A stretch of DNA of 64,000 nucleotides. Source: a virus (lineage: Duplodnaviria > Caudoviricetes). Made by a program: the position numbers and the translations under genes. The notes beneath the pieces are model-generated. The model had not been told where the DNA came from and did no database searches. It was given only the letters and a program-made list of their open reading frames with translations. Positions 1 through 9,421 of the stretch are shown here, piece by piece; the stretch's first letter is position 1; each line of letters opens with the position of its first letter. Location of the stretch: positions 92,855-156,854 of the IMG/VR virus record IMGVR_UViG_3300029305_004322. One strand, 5' to 3'.

Positions 1-577
1 ATTCGTAAGTAGAATCATAAGCTTCAGTTAAGCTAAATCTGAAACCTAAGTTATTATATCCCTTACCTCTACCATTTGGAATTACTGCAAACAGCATATT
101 GTTTGTATAACCATCAATAGTTTCAGCAGTGACACGTCTTAATTCAGACTCAATTTCCGTTTTAGACGTATTGTTAAGGTTAGTATAAGTAATGCAAGGA
201 CGTAACTCGACATTATCTACAACTACAAGCTCACCATTAACATCTAATACTTCTTTCTGGGTTTTCTTAGTCTGAATGTTAACAATAGCATTTGCATAGC
301 CAGCATCTTCAGGAAGAACACGTAAGCAATATACAGCACCGCCAGCATTCAACCAGTTAACAATATTGTAACCAGCCTGACCATATAGCTTCATGTTAGG
401 TTCGCCATAGTTAAAAATAAACTCAGAAGCAGAAGTTATAGTTTGGATTTCATTGTCAATACCCTTTTCAGAAGTAAAAACAGCGAATAATTTAGTAGTT
501 CCTGAAGCAGTAATATACGTAGTAGAATTGTCAGTAATAGTACTGCTTACAGAAGGATGTACATAACTAATTGCCAT
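1..577 (-). CDS. Contractile tail sheath protein, N-terminal part (runs off the window)
   Basis: Translated by hand from ATG at 577: MAISYVHPSVSSTITDNS...FIFNYGEPNMKLYGQAGYNIVNWLNAGGAVYCLRVLP. The HPxV, F..YGxP and WL..GG..Y..RV pattern is typical of sheath N-termini. Not in the ORF track. Confidence 0.8.
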   Translation of the reverse strand, partial: MAISYVHPSVSSTITDNSTTYITASGTTKLFAVFTSEKGIDNEIQTITSASEFIFNYGEPNMKLYGQAGYNIVNWLNAGGAVYCLRVLPEDAGYANAIVNIQTKKTQKEVLDVNGELVVVDNVELRPCITYTNLNNTSKTEIESELRRVTAETIDGYTNNMLFAVIPNGRGKGYNNLGFRFSLTEAYDSTYE

Positions 578-644
578 ATAAAATTTCCTGCTGTTAAAAA
601 TATAATGTAGTTGTTTATTTTATATTATACAGCAGAAACCTCCT
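578..644 (-). promoter_or_regulatory. Split ribosome-binding site: AGGAGG, then a hairpin, then AUG (sheath gene)
   Basis: SD at 639-644. Arms 629-638 and 585-594 pair (10 bp, one G-U), leaving about 7 nt to the AUG at 577. Confidence 0.6.
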
Positions 645-693
645 TTCTTTTTTTGTCATAAATTTTATAAAGTTATAGCAGTTTATAAAGTTT

Positions 694-767
694 TATATAT
701 TTGTTGAAACGAATGAGAACTTTTCATAGAATTCATAAAACTAGGAGAATAAATCTAATATCTTGTT
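694..767 (-). promoter_or_regulatory. Two putative late promoters, AACA-N6-TA (694-705 and 756-767)
   Basis: The same motif precedes most structural genes in the window and matches the AR9 late promoter consensus as I recall it. Confidence 0.55.
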
Positions 768-782
768 CTGAAAAAATGATAA

Positions 783-820
783 AAACTTCGATTATTCTAA
801 AAAAAGAATAATCGAAGTTT
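783..820 (-). terminator. Intrinsic terminator hairpin
   Basis: AAACTTCGATTATTCT / AGAATAATCGAAGTTT inverted repeat downstream of 829..1620. Confidence 0.7.
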
Positions 821-828
821 AAATGTTA

Positions 829-1620
829 TTAGTACTTTATGGTTGGTTCGATTGGAGTTTCTGCTTCTTTTCCGCCATCTCTGGATTTAGAAACAGAATA
901 TACAATCGCTTTGTTAATGTTTTCACTAGTCATAGCTGTAAATGAGGAGGAAAGCATAGCTAATTCCTTAATAGATGCCTGCTTGTAATCTAATTCTGAA
1001 ATCTTTGAATTAGATTTTCCTATAACTTGTCTAAATGGAATTTCTGGATTTTGCTTATACCTTGCTAACTCAGAAATAGTCATTTCTAGAATTAATGAAG
1101 GAACCTGTAAATCAGTACTATTTGTTTCCATGTTTTCTAGATAAAGTTTAATAAAGTCACTATACTTAATCATTTTTGGGAGTTTTCCCTTCTGATGTAA
1201 CTTTAATAACTTTTCTGTGTTTTTATAGCTTTTTGCATGGTTAAGATTATTGATGAAAATGTCATTTTGATAAAGAGTAAAAATCTTATAACTATCTTCT
1301 ACTTCATCATCACTATCAAGTTCTTCATCTATTCCATCTTCATTAAAATTCCTCTCAACTAATACTTCTTTAACATTATCTTTGAACTCAGAAAATGAAA
1401 AAGTAATATCTTCTGGTAAAGATAGCTGATAAGTTTCATACTTAGTACTGTCAGGGTCTTTATAATAACGCATTACAAAGCAAGCTATAGTCTTGATCTG
1501 AGTTCCAAGTTCTTCAGCAAGCATATCTTCATCAAAATAAGATTTAGGGAGGTAAATATCTAGTCTATTGCCTACAAATACAACTTTATCTTCTTCTTGT
1601 TTTAAAAAGGTATAAGTCAT
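829..1620 (-). CDS. Hypothetical protein, possibly a phage RNA polymerase beta'-like C-terminal fragment
   Basis: LILEMTISELAR and SIKELAMLSSSFTAMTSENINKAIVYSV resemble the beta' C-terminal blocks (KHIEVIVRQM..., GITKASL..ESF.SAASFQET.RVL). Confidence 0.4.
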   Translation of the reverse strand: MTYTFLKQEEDKVVFVGNRLDIYLPKSYFDEDMLAEELGTQIKTIACFVMRYYKDPDSTKYETYQLSLPEDITFSFSEFKDNVKEVLVERNFNEDGIDEELDSDDEVEDSYKIFTLYQNDIFINNLNHAKSYKNTEKLLKLHQKGKLPKMIKYSDFIKLYLENMETNSTDLQVPSLILEMTISELARYKQNPEIPFRQVIGKSNSKISELDYKQASIKELAMLSSSFTAMTSENINKAIVYSVSKSRDGGKEAETPIEPTIKY

Positions 1621-1626
1621 AGTTAA

Positions 1627-2349
1627 TTAATTCTCGCATTCTTCAGTATTATCGACATCTTTCTTAAAGTCTTTTACTAAAAATTCTACAAGAGGATCCG
1701 TACTATCTAAAATTAGGAGGTTTTTAATGGTATTTGAAATGTAAATGTAATACCTGTCAACATCATTCTGCTCAATAAAGTAACAGAACTGGTAAAATCT
1801 ATAATGTAACAGGTGTTTAATACAATCTACATTTGTATTTTCAATAACTTCAAGAACAGACTTTAGAGATTCAAATTTCTTTCCACTATTTTCTAGTTTC
1901 TCGCTAGCCTTATCAAGCAATTCTTCATATCCATCGTACAGATGATATTTATCATTTTTCAAAGGTCTAGTCCAATCATAGATCCAGTCAATCTGTTCTA
2001 AAGCTTCAGTACAAACAGTTTGAGCATCATAGAATTCCTTGATATTTTCATCTTCTTGATGTTCTGCAATATATTGAGTGTACATATCAAGTTTGTTCTG
2101 AACGTTCTTTCTAAGCAATTCAAAAATAATGATTCTGGAATTGTTAGGAATCTTTTCAGGGTCTAAATTGTTTTCTCTAATAAAGTCACCTATGATAGCA
2201 TTAACAGATTCTTCGTAATCCTGTTTGTACTGTGCTATCTTACGATTAGTTTTATTGATAGCATGATTCATGTTCGATGCAGACTTATTTTGTAAATGTC
2301 GATTATATTTTTGTTGTTGTACGAATTTACTTCTTTTTTTGCTACCCAT
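1627..2349 (-). CDS. Hypothetical protein
   Basis: 240-aa ORF tightly packed in the operon. Confidence 0.8.
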   Translation of the reverse strand: MGSKKRSKFVQQQKYNRHLQNKSASNMNHAINKTNRKIAQYKQDYEESVNAIIGDFIRENNLDPEKIPNNSRIIIFELLRKNVQNKLDMYTQYIAEHQEDENIKEFYDAQTVCTEALEQIDWIYDWTRPLKNDKYHLYDGYEELLDKASEKLENSGKKFESLKSVLEVIENTNVDCIKHLLHYRFYQFCYFIEQNDVDRYYIYISNTIKNLLILDSTDPLVEFLVKDFKKDVDNTEECEN

Positions 2350-2355
2350 AAACTA

Positions 2356-3159
2356 TTATACCTTTCTACTTTCTTCATGTCTTAGCAGAGTGATTAAGTC
2401 AATTCTAATGGAAGAATACAGATCATATTTGAAGTCATCATCATTGATAGGTTTAAAGTACTCTTCAATGAACATCTTTTCCAAGTAAGTGTTAAACTTG
2501 TTTTCAACAAGTAACTCTTTCATTGCAAAATTAGTAGCTTCATACTCATCAGTACTTATAATTTCTTCCACAATAGATTCTGGTTCATCATTGTATTGAG
2601 ATATGTTCTCTATGATTTCCTCGATGTTATAAAGAAGTGTGATATTATCAGGATTACTTAAAGATTTCTTTAAAGACTTGAACATTAAATCTTTCTTTTC
2701 TTCTTCATCGACATAGTTTACGATTAAGTCTTTTTTATGTGAGTACAAGTAACTGACAAAGAAATTGATGAGGTTATTCTTATACTTTAGAACTAGGAAA
2801 TTATACAGTTCTCTAGTATAAAAAAAGAAATCATCGCTGTCTAAGTTATTACTAAGCTCAGATGAAATTGAAAAACGTTCTGCTAATGCATCATAGATCT
2901 TTTTGTAAACACTTTTTCTAATATCTTTACATCTTTCAATGATTATTTCATCTTCTGGATAGAACTGTGTTATAAATTGAAAACGTGTTTCAAATACAGC
3001 AAGCATATCATTGTATATTGCAGAGTTAACCATAGTTGTCTTTAACTGTTCTTCAATGTTAGAAGTAATGATATCATCTGATAATTTTGCTAAAAGATCA
3101 GCACGTTCTGTTTCAGTTGGCTGAAACAAGTTAAAGTCATTGTCTATTTGATTGACCAT
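2356..3159 (-). CDS. Hypothetical protein
   Basis: 267-aa ORF with an upstream GAGAGG SD. Confidence 0.8.
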   Translation of the reverse strand: MVNQIDNDFNLFQPTETERADLLAKLSDDIITSNIEEQLKTTMVNSAIYNDMLAVFETRFQFITQFYPEDEIIIERCKDIRKSVYKKIYDALAERFSISSELSNNLDSDDFFFYTRELYNFLVLKYKNNLINFFVSYLYSHKKDLIVNYVDEEEKKDLMFKSLKKSLSNPDNITLLYNIEEIIENISQYNDEPESIVEEIISTDEYEATNFAMKELLVENKFNTYLEKMFIEEYFKPINDDDFKYDLYSSIRIDLITLLRHEESRKV

Positions 3160-3183
3160 TTTACTTATTTCCTCTCTTTCTAT

Positions 3184-3486
3184 TTAATTCTCTGGCATTT
3201 TTTCATAAGTAGCACCTTCTACAACTGCCAGAATATCTGATTCGTTGACCATTATATACTTAAATCCCTCAAAAGGTACCCATTTTCCAGTTCTTTTAGG
3301 AATAATTACAACTGCACCTTCTTTAATATCTTTGTTTCTTACTTTTGGACCAACAGAAGATACAATATGGAATGCAGGAACCTCCGTCTCTACTAATTTT
3401 GAAGGAAGTACTATACCGCTTTCAGTTTCTTTTTGAATATAGGGGATTACGATAACATTGTCATTTAAAGGTCTTAATTCGCTCAT
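3184..3486 (-). CDS. groES: Co-chaperonin GroES (Cpn10)
   Basis: LRPLNDNVIV...ETESGIVLP...VGP...IKEG...YIMVNESDILAVV is the Cpn10 signature. Confidence 0.92.
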   Translation of the reverse strand: MSELRPLNDNVIVIPYIQKETESGIVLPSKLVETEVPAFHIVSSVGPKVRNKDIKEGAVVIIPKRTGKWVPFEGFKYIMVNESDILAVVEGATYEKMPEN

Positions 3487-3605
3487 TTTAAACTAATTTC
3501 CTTTCCTTATAAGTATGTGGATTTTTAATGTATTTTTACATTTCTACTTTAAAATTAAAAAAAGAAAGTATCTATAATTCTGATACTTCCTTTTAAATTA
3601 AAGAT

Positions 3606-3956
3606 TTAGTCAAACTTATAGGTAGCTAAAACTGTAAAATATTCTGGTAGAGTAGATGTCATTTCCATTTTTAAATTCTTTCGTTCAATTGCATAACTCT
3701 TTGAGTAAACATCAGATCGTCTATTTAGAAAGTCTATATAAAAGATACAACTAAATGCTTTAAACTTAGCCGATGTATATAGTAAGTGGTCGATATAGGC
3801 TTCATTAGTAGAAATTTTTAAGAATTTAGTAACGTAAATCCATAATAAATATAACTCACTTCTATCATTAATTAGAAAATACGCAGGATTGTATTTGAAT
3901 GTTAAGTCAAATTCAAATCTTTTGAAAATATCGTTAACAGCTTTAGATTCATTCAC
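3606..3956 (-). CDS. Hypothetical protein (probably early)
   Basis: AGGAGG SD, GTG start, TATATATC motif upstream (3991-4000). Confidence 0.7.
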   Translation of the reverse strand: MNESKAVNDIFKRFEFDLTFKYNPAYFLINDRSELYLLWIYVTKFLKISTNEAYIDHLLYTSAKFKAFSCIFYIDFLNRRSDVYSKSYAIERKNLKMEMTSTLPEYFTVLATYKFD

Positions 3957-4069
3957 TTTAATAGCCTCCTTTGTTTTTATGTAAATCTAGGATATATATT
4001 TAAAAAATACTTTGTACGGTTCAACAAATTTATAAATTGATCTTCAAGAAAGGAAGGTACAAAAGATAT

Positions 4070-4918
4070 ATGGCACATTTAGTAAAAATTTTTAATGCAC
4101 TGGTTCTTTACTCTTACAATATGCGAGCATTACATTGGAAGATTAAGGGTAAGAACTTTGATGGGAAACATTTTCTAGCTCAAGACTACTATCAAAGACT
4201 AGATGCTTTTGTAGATGAAGTTGCAGAAATGATGATGATGTTAGGTCACGCGCCTAAAGATCTTAAGACTGTTTTAGACAGTACTGCTAATGATCCAAGT
4301 GAAACTTTTTTAGTAGTATCCTGTGAATATGGACAGTCTTATACTGAGGAACAGATGACACAATCTGTAAATGAAATGTTCTGTCATTTGATGGCTCTTT
4401 ATGAAGCTGCAGGTAAGGATGAAAGCCTACCTAGTGATGTTAGATCTAAGCTTGATGAGCATGTTTACTATTTCCGTTTAGAAGCTAGATATAAAGGAAA
4501 TGCTCGTAATATGTCTGATGAGAAAACTGCAGAACTACCTGTTACTCCTCAAGTTACTCTACAACCAGTTAAAGAAGATACGAAAATTCTAGCTGAAGGT
4601 ATTAGAGATGTCTTTGCAAGAGTTAAAGAACAAATGCAAACGAATAAAGAATACAATAAGAAGTATCAAGAATGGAGAAAGAAAGCTAAAGCTGAAGGTA
4701 AAGCATTCTTCCCTGCATTATCTGAATCTGAGGTTGATGAATTCTTTAGACTTGATACTAAGAGTGGTGTATTTGTTAAACATCCCAACCAATTAAAGAA
4801 TATGTATGACAATGTTGTCAAAAATGTAAAGGCAAATAACTACATTTCTGAGCAAATGCCAATTATGAAACATTGGATTCAAGTTTATACTCCTCTTTAC
4901 AATCAAGTCGTAAAGTAA
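4070..4918 (+). CDS. dps: Dps/ferritin-like protein with a C-terminal extension of about 130 aa
   Basis: LHWKIKGKNF...H...YYQRLDAFVDEVAEMM is the Dps ferroxidase motif. SD AGGAAGG places the start at 4070. AACA-N6-TA promoter at 4023-4034. Confidence 0.8.
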   Translation: MAHLVKIFNALVLYSYNMRALHWKIKGKNFDGKHFLAQDYYQRLDAFVDEVAEMMMMLGHAPKDLKTVLDSTANDPSETFLVVSCEYGQSYTEEQMTQSVNEMFCHLMALYEAAGKDESLPSDVRSKLDEHVYYFRLEARYKGNARNMSDEKTAELPVTPQVTLQPVKEDTKILAEGIRDVFARVKEQMQTNKEYNKKYQEWRKKAKAEGKAFFPALSESEVDEFFRLDTKSGVFVKHPNQLKNMYDNVVKNVKANNYISEQMPIMKHWIQVYTPLYNQVVK

Positions 4919-4922
4919 TTTT

Positions 4923-4959
4923 ATTTGAGATATAACCTGTATTGGGTTATATCTCAAAT
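4923..4959 (+). terminator. Intrinsic terminator
   Basis: 15-bp inverted repeat ATTTGAGATATAACC / GGTTATATCTCAAAT followed by T-run. Confidence 0.75.
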
Positions 4960-5048
4960 TTTTCAAATAACGTATTTTGAGTGTTTATATCTATATATCT
5001 TTACCTTGTAAATGGAATAATTTTTATCATGAAAAGGAGAGATGTATT

Positions 5049-5600
5049 ATGTTATCTAAAGACGACCAACAACTTATGAAAGTATTAGACACACATAATC
5101 TTAAAAAGATTGAGGAGGTATTAAAGACTGGTAAGGCAACCTATTACACATACATACCAGTTGCACTTACAAGAGCATTAGCATATGGTAGTTTTGAAGA
5201 AGCAGAATTGCTAGTTAAATATGGATGTGATCCTCATATTGGTGATGACAACCATCTGACAGTTGCAGCTATCAATGGTAAATTTGAAAATGTAATTTAT
5301 TGGCTTGATAAGTATGGTACTGTTTGTGAAGAAAAAGAATTACTATCTATAGCATTAACTGGTTGTATTGACAGAAAGTCACTTGATTGGTTTAAGTATT
5401 TTGTAGAGAAGCGAAATGTTGAAATTACTGAGTCTGTTGTTAATTATACACTTGCATATGGTAACAAACCTATACTTGAGTACATACTTAATAGAGGAAA
5501 TATTACAGTAGATCCTGAAACTGTGAAAAAGTTTATTAGAGAGTTCTTTATGTTTTATGATAAAGAATACAAAGTATACTTAGAAAAATTATGTAGTTAA
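5049..5600 (+). CDS. Ankyrin-repeat-like protein
   Basis: ALTRALAYGSFEEAELLVKYGCD and LTVAAINGKFENVIYWL helical repeats. SD AAGGAG favours a start at 5049. Confidence 0.7.
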   Translation: MLSKDDQQLMKVLDTHNLKKIEEVLKTGKATYYTYIPVALTRALAYGSFEEAELLVKYGCDPHIGDDNHLTVAAINGKFENVIYWLDKYGTVCEEKELLSIALTGCIDRKSLDWFKYFVEKRNVEITESVVNYTLAYGNKPILEYILNRGNITVDPETVKKFIREFFMFYDKEYKVYLEKLCS

Positions 5601-5722
5601 AATTAATGATAGAAAAAGTAATAGGTTATCTTCACCTTCTTATTACTTTTTTTTTTGGCATCGGGAACATAGAAAAAAAAAATAGTAAGTTTTATTGGAA
5701 CTTACTATTTTTTTTCTTGCTA

Positions 5723-5995
5723 TCAAATATATCCTTCTTGCATCAATTCTTTTTTGAATTCTACTGATAGAGTATAGAGTAAACTGTAATTAGTTTTTAT
5801 AATATCCCAATTGAGATGTTCTTTAAATTCTCTTAGAAATCCTTCAGGTAAGTCTTTCTTCAAAGAAATAAGATTCCAATTAAATTGGTGTTCCCACCAG
5901 TTTTTAACTGCACTATTATTAAAATTTATTGGATAGATATATGACCATTTAATTTGTAGATTGAATATTTGTTGTTTTGTTAAGTTAATCTCCAC
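5723..5995 (-). CDS. Trp-repeat paralog (LTKxQIFxL family) 1
   Basis: LTKQQIFNLQIKW N-terminus, LPEGFLREFKEHLNW repeat, EGYI end. Confidence 0.8.
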   Translation of the reverse strand: MEINLTKQQIFNLQIKWSYIYPINFNNSAVKNWWEHQFNWNLISLKKDLPEGFLREFKEHLNWDIIKTNYSLLYTLSVEFKKELMQEGYI

Positions 5996-6467
5996 TTGGA
6001 ATATACCCTTCCTCTCTCATTTCTCGTCTAAATTCTCTGGAAATAAAGTTTATAGTATAAGCATATTTCCATTTTATTTTGTCTTTCATTTCTCTAATGA
6101 AGTCTTCTGAAAGTATACAACACTCAGAAATTATCTTCCAATCTACTTTATCTTGGAATTCTCTTATGAAATCTTCAGAGAGATCTTGATTGATAGAAAT
6201 ACACTCCCAATCTACTTTATCTTGGAATTCTCTTATGAAATCTTCAGAGAGATCTTGACGAATTGAAATAAACCTCCAATTTACCACATCTATATATTCT
6301 CTTATGAAGTCTTCAGGTAATGTTGAAAATGCACAAAGATCATCCCAATATTTTTTATATCTCCACCATTCACCATTCTTGATATTTTTACTTCTTATAG
6401 TAAGTGGCTTTATATTAGAGTACTTGAATCGTAGATCAAATAGTTGTTTCTTTGATAGTTTCTTCAT
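5985..6467 (-). CDS. Trp-repeat paralog 2, with four ~23-aa L(S/P)EDFIRE..D...W repeats
   Basis: LSKKQLFDLRFKY N-terminus, near-identical 69-nt DNA repeats at about 6130-6260, EGYI near the end. Confidence 0.85.
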   Translation of the reverse strand: MKKLSKKQLFDLRFKYSNIKPLTIRSKNIKNGEWWRYKKYWDDLCAFSTLPEDFIREYIDVVNWRFISIRQDLSEDFIREFQDKVDWECISINQDLSEDFIREFQDKVDWKIISECCILSEDFIREMKDKIKWKYAYTINFISREFRREMREEGYIPSGD

Positions 6468-6681
6468 TTTCTTTTTTCTTCTTACAATTCAAATTTATAT
6501 CAAATTCTTTAATAAGCCGTTGCCAAATCATTCGATTTAAGTTTAGACTTAGGGTTAAGAGCCTTGGATTGCCTTCTTTTTTGTAATAGAAGTGATCACC
6601 ATTCATCCTAACTAATTTCCAACCATTCTTATATACAATCCGTTGTGCTTCTTTAAAGCTGTAAACTTTCATTTTTGGCAT
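6436..6681 (-). CDS. hicA: HicA-family mRNA interferase (no HicB in view)
   Basis: NGWKLVRMNGDHFYYKKEG matches the HicA G(W/F)..R..GxH motif; 81 aa. Confidence 0.8.
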   Translation of the reverse strand: MPKMKVYSFKEAQRIVYKNGWKLVRMNGDHFYYKKEGNPRLLTLSLNLNRMIWQRLIKEFDINLNCKKKKENEETIKETTI

Positions 6682-6727
6682 GTTTTATCTATAGTTCCTT
6701 TCTAATATCTATCAAGTTTAAAAAAAG

Positions 6728-6755
6728 GAAGGTTACCTATTTCTAGGTAACCTTC
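6728..6755 (-). terminator. Intrinsic terminator (GATTACC/GGTAATC family)
   Basis: GAAGGTTACCTA / TAGGTAACCTTC with A-run on the left. Confidence 0.75.
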
Positions 6756-6763
6756 TAAAGTTT

Positions 6764-7135
6764 TTAATCAAGTTCAGTAAGCATAGCTTCAAGCTCTTCA
6801 ATAGTTTTACCTTCAAGAGCTTCATTCTTCTTTGCTTCCATGATAGCCATAATCTTCTGCTTCTGTTCCTTCTTTGCCTTAGCTTCAGTTCTTGCCTTAG
6901 CTTCAGCGAGCTTAACAGAAACAATGTGCTTGACAATCTCAATCTTCTGGTTGAGTTCTACATCTGCTTCGGTCTGAGTGTGAAGCAGACTTTCTTCATT
7001 GATTTGCTTCTTCTGAGAGTTAAGAGTCTTGAAAATACTATCGAGATCTTCTACCTTAAGATCCCAAAGATCCTCAACACTTACCATACCTCTAAAGGGG
7101 AATCTAAACTTCTTTCTAGTTGCAATTTCAAACAT
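6764..7135 (-). CDS. Conserved phage coiled-coil protein
   Basis: MFEIATRKKFRFPFRGMVSVEDLWDL N-terminus, AGGAG SD, highly expressed codon bias. Confidence 0.8.
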   Translation of the reverse strand: MFEIATRKKFRFPFRGMVSVEDLWDLKVEDLDSIFKTLNSQKKQINEESLLHTQTEADVELNQKIEIVKHIVSVKLAEAKARTEAKAKKEQKQKIMAIMEAKKNEALEGKTIEELEAMLTELD

Positions 7136-7168
7136 GATATTTTCTCCTTTGTATAATTTTATTTTGTT

Positions 7169-7345
7169 TTACTTGGTTTTTAAGTCTTGAACGAAATTCA
7201 AGACAAGTTCGTATGCTTCAGCTGCAATTCGGCAGTCATGTTGGTCTAGGCCACTATACTCTTTAGAATTAGCATACTCAGTTACTTCTGCTATGTGTTC
7301 ATTTAAGAATTCAATGACCTGATCAAGTTTATTATTCTCATCCAT
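7169..7345 (-). CDS. Small hypothetical protein (58 aa)
   Basis: Translated by hand: MDENNKLDQVIEFLNEHIAEV...FVQDLKTK. Fills the gap in the operon. Confidence 0.6.
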   Translation of the reverse strand: MDENNKLDQVIEFLNEHIAEVTEYANSKEYSGLDQHDCRIAAEAYELVLNFVQDLKTK

Positions 7346-7346
7346 A

Positions 7347-9395
7347 TCAGAATTTCACCTTGAGAACTCTTTCAGTGGTTCCCTTAACCTTTACGATTAC
7401 TTCATTTCTCTTAGTAGAAGAGAATCCAATGCCAGAGAGCTGATCATTGGTGTCTTCAACATTCATCTTACCACCGAGAGCTTCAAATACTCTCTTATGC
7501 TTTTCAAGTTCTTGCTTGAGGAATTCATTATAGAATCCATTAGGAGATTCAGGGTTAATACAATCCTTCAGCATGAAGAAATAGTGTCTATGACCAATGC
7601 CATTCTGTTCATCCCAGTAATTAGGCGAGTAACACATAACAGAAACAGGAATAAACTGGTTGGTATTAAGTCCCCATACTTCTTTAGAGGAAGTACTTGA
7701 AGGAAGCTTTTCCTTGATAGTAAAGCTCTGACCGTCCCATGTAACATCAGCTACATAAACTTTCTCTCCAGTTCTAAGTTCTTTATTGTAAGCGAAAGAA
7801 TAGATTTGTCCATCGAATTCAATCTCTGCACTAAATCCATCTCTACCACCCTTGTTATTATAGCAGTGTACAAAGAACTGATAAGTACCCTTCGGCATCT
7901 TATTTCTACTTGCATAAGTAATATTTTCTACAGCAGCTTTATTTTGAATGGGGTTGATAATATCTACGTCAAGCATACCAGAGGAAGGATGACGATAGCT
8001 CTTATTACCATAATAGATTTCAAGACCGCTGGGTTCAATGCAATGAGCATCAAAGTCATTAGGATTGTAGGATGTATCGTTCCACTGAATGGAGAATCTG
8101 AGATCACCAGTGACATCACCACCAGCAGCCTTGACATTTTCCTTCATAGTGCTGTCAGTCATATTACCAGAATATGCCCAGCTAAATCCATTGTTCCACT
8201 TGAACATGGTCTTACTATTCGTATCCTTGGGTGCAATCAAAGATACCATGCTAGAAGCATGCTTATTCTCAAACAGAACTTCAAGTTCTCTTGCTGTAGG
8301 AAGAACATTGCTGATGAAATTGTCAATTGTAATTTCCTCAACCTTAGAGAACTTCTTAGGGTTTACAGCTACCTCCTTGGACATCTGATCAAAGATATCA
8401 AGTCCTCCCTGAATTCTCTTAGCAGAATCCTTATTAGAGAAGAGGATATTGTTGACCGTAATATCATCAAGTGTAGCATATCTTCTGGACAAAGAATCCA
8501 TGTAACCGAGTTCTTCAATGGTCTTCTTTGCATCTTCAAGCATCTTCTGAGTGAAGATAGCCTTAGGTCTCTTGTAAGTACTAGGAGCTACGATCTGTTC
8601 ATACTTACGAACAGCAAGATCAAGATCCATATCTTCACTGATGTTTAAAAGAAGTGTACCAATACTATGATTACGGATACGTCCAATAACTGCACCTACT
8701 TTAGAAGACATAACCCAAGCATAGTTATTTTTTTCTTCTTCTGTAGTAAGCTTTTCATACTGCTTCTTGTACTTTAAGAGATCAGTAAGAGCATGCTTCC
8801 ATTCATCACCCCTATAAAGCGTGTTGGAAGAAATAAGTTCAAGTACAGTATCGATACTTTCCTTGGTAATTTCGTCAAGAGAACGTTTAAAAACATTCTT
8901 AGTGTCTCTAAAATCACCCTGAAGATCACCAATGGAACGATTAGATCTGTCAACAAACTTAGATGGAAGATCAATAAAGAAGTGTTCCCATTTCTTTACT
9001 TCTCCATTTCCAAGATCTTCAAAGTTGGATGCAGTACCGATTTTATTAAACTTGCTGATGTAAACATTTGTGATGACATTAGCCTTGATAAATGCATCAA
9101 GAGCGTTTACAACAGGCTGGAAGGTTGTACTACATGCATCAAACTCCCAAATAGTCTTGATCATGTTGTCCTTAATGACGACAACATTACCAAACTGCTT
9201 GATGAAATGTCTGCAACAGCTACAATCAAACTCTCTTCTTTCTCTGTAAATGGGGTTGGTTCCTTCAGGGAAACTGTCGAGATAAAGATTCCAGAGTACA
9301 TCCTTATCTACTTCAACTTCATAAAGATGAGTTTCATCTTTTGTAAGATTTTTGAAGTTTTCCTGAAATTTGATTAGGAAGTTTTTAAATTCCAT
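7347..9395 (-). CDS. Large conserved phage protein with a CxCC motif and a YfaP/DUF2135-like domain
   Basis: DCSCCRHF near the N-terminus; LRFSIQW...[14 protein letters not shown]...GMLDVD...VENI near the C-terminus. Confidence 0.7.
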   Translation of the reverse strand: MEFKNFLIKFQENFKNLTKDETHLYEVEVDKDVLWNLYLDSFPEGTNPIYRERREFDCSCCRHFIKQFGNVVVIKDNMIKTIWEFDACSTTFQPVVNALDAFIKANVITNVYISKFNKIGTASNFEDLGNGEVKKWEHFFIDLPSKFVDRSNRSIGDLQGDFRDTKNVFKRSLDEITKESIDTVLELISSNTLYRGDEWKHALTDLLKYKKQYEKLTTEEEKNNYAWVMSSKVGAVIGRIRNHSIGTLLLNISEDMDLDLAVRKYEQIVAPSTYKRPKAIFTQKMLEDAKKTIEELGYMDSLSRRYATLDDITVNNILFSNKDSAKRIQGGLDIFDQMSKEVAVNPKKFSKVEEITIDNFISNVLPTARELEVLFENKHASSMVSLIAPKDTNSKTMFKWNNGFSWAYSGNMTDSTMKENVKAAGGDVTGDLRFSIQWNDTSYNPNDFDAHCIEPSGLEIYYGNKSYRHPSSGMLDVDIINPIQNKAAVENITYASRNKMPKGTYQFFVHCYNNKGGRDGFSAEIEFDGQIYSFAYNKELRTGEKVYVADVTWDGQSFTIKEKLPSSTSSKEVWGLNTNQFIPVSVMCYSPNYWDEQNGIGHRHYFFMLKDCINPESPNGFYNEFLKQELEKHKRVFEALGGKMNVEDTNDQLSGIGFSSTKRNEVIVKVKGTTERVLKVKF

Positions 9396-9421
9396 TTTGT
9401 GTTTCTCCTTTTATAAAAATT

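Noticed and set aside
7497-9377. Plus-strand ORFs such as 7806..8648 and 8793..9377
   Set aside because: Antisense shadows of the codon-biased 682-aa gene, with no SD or motifs.
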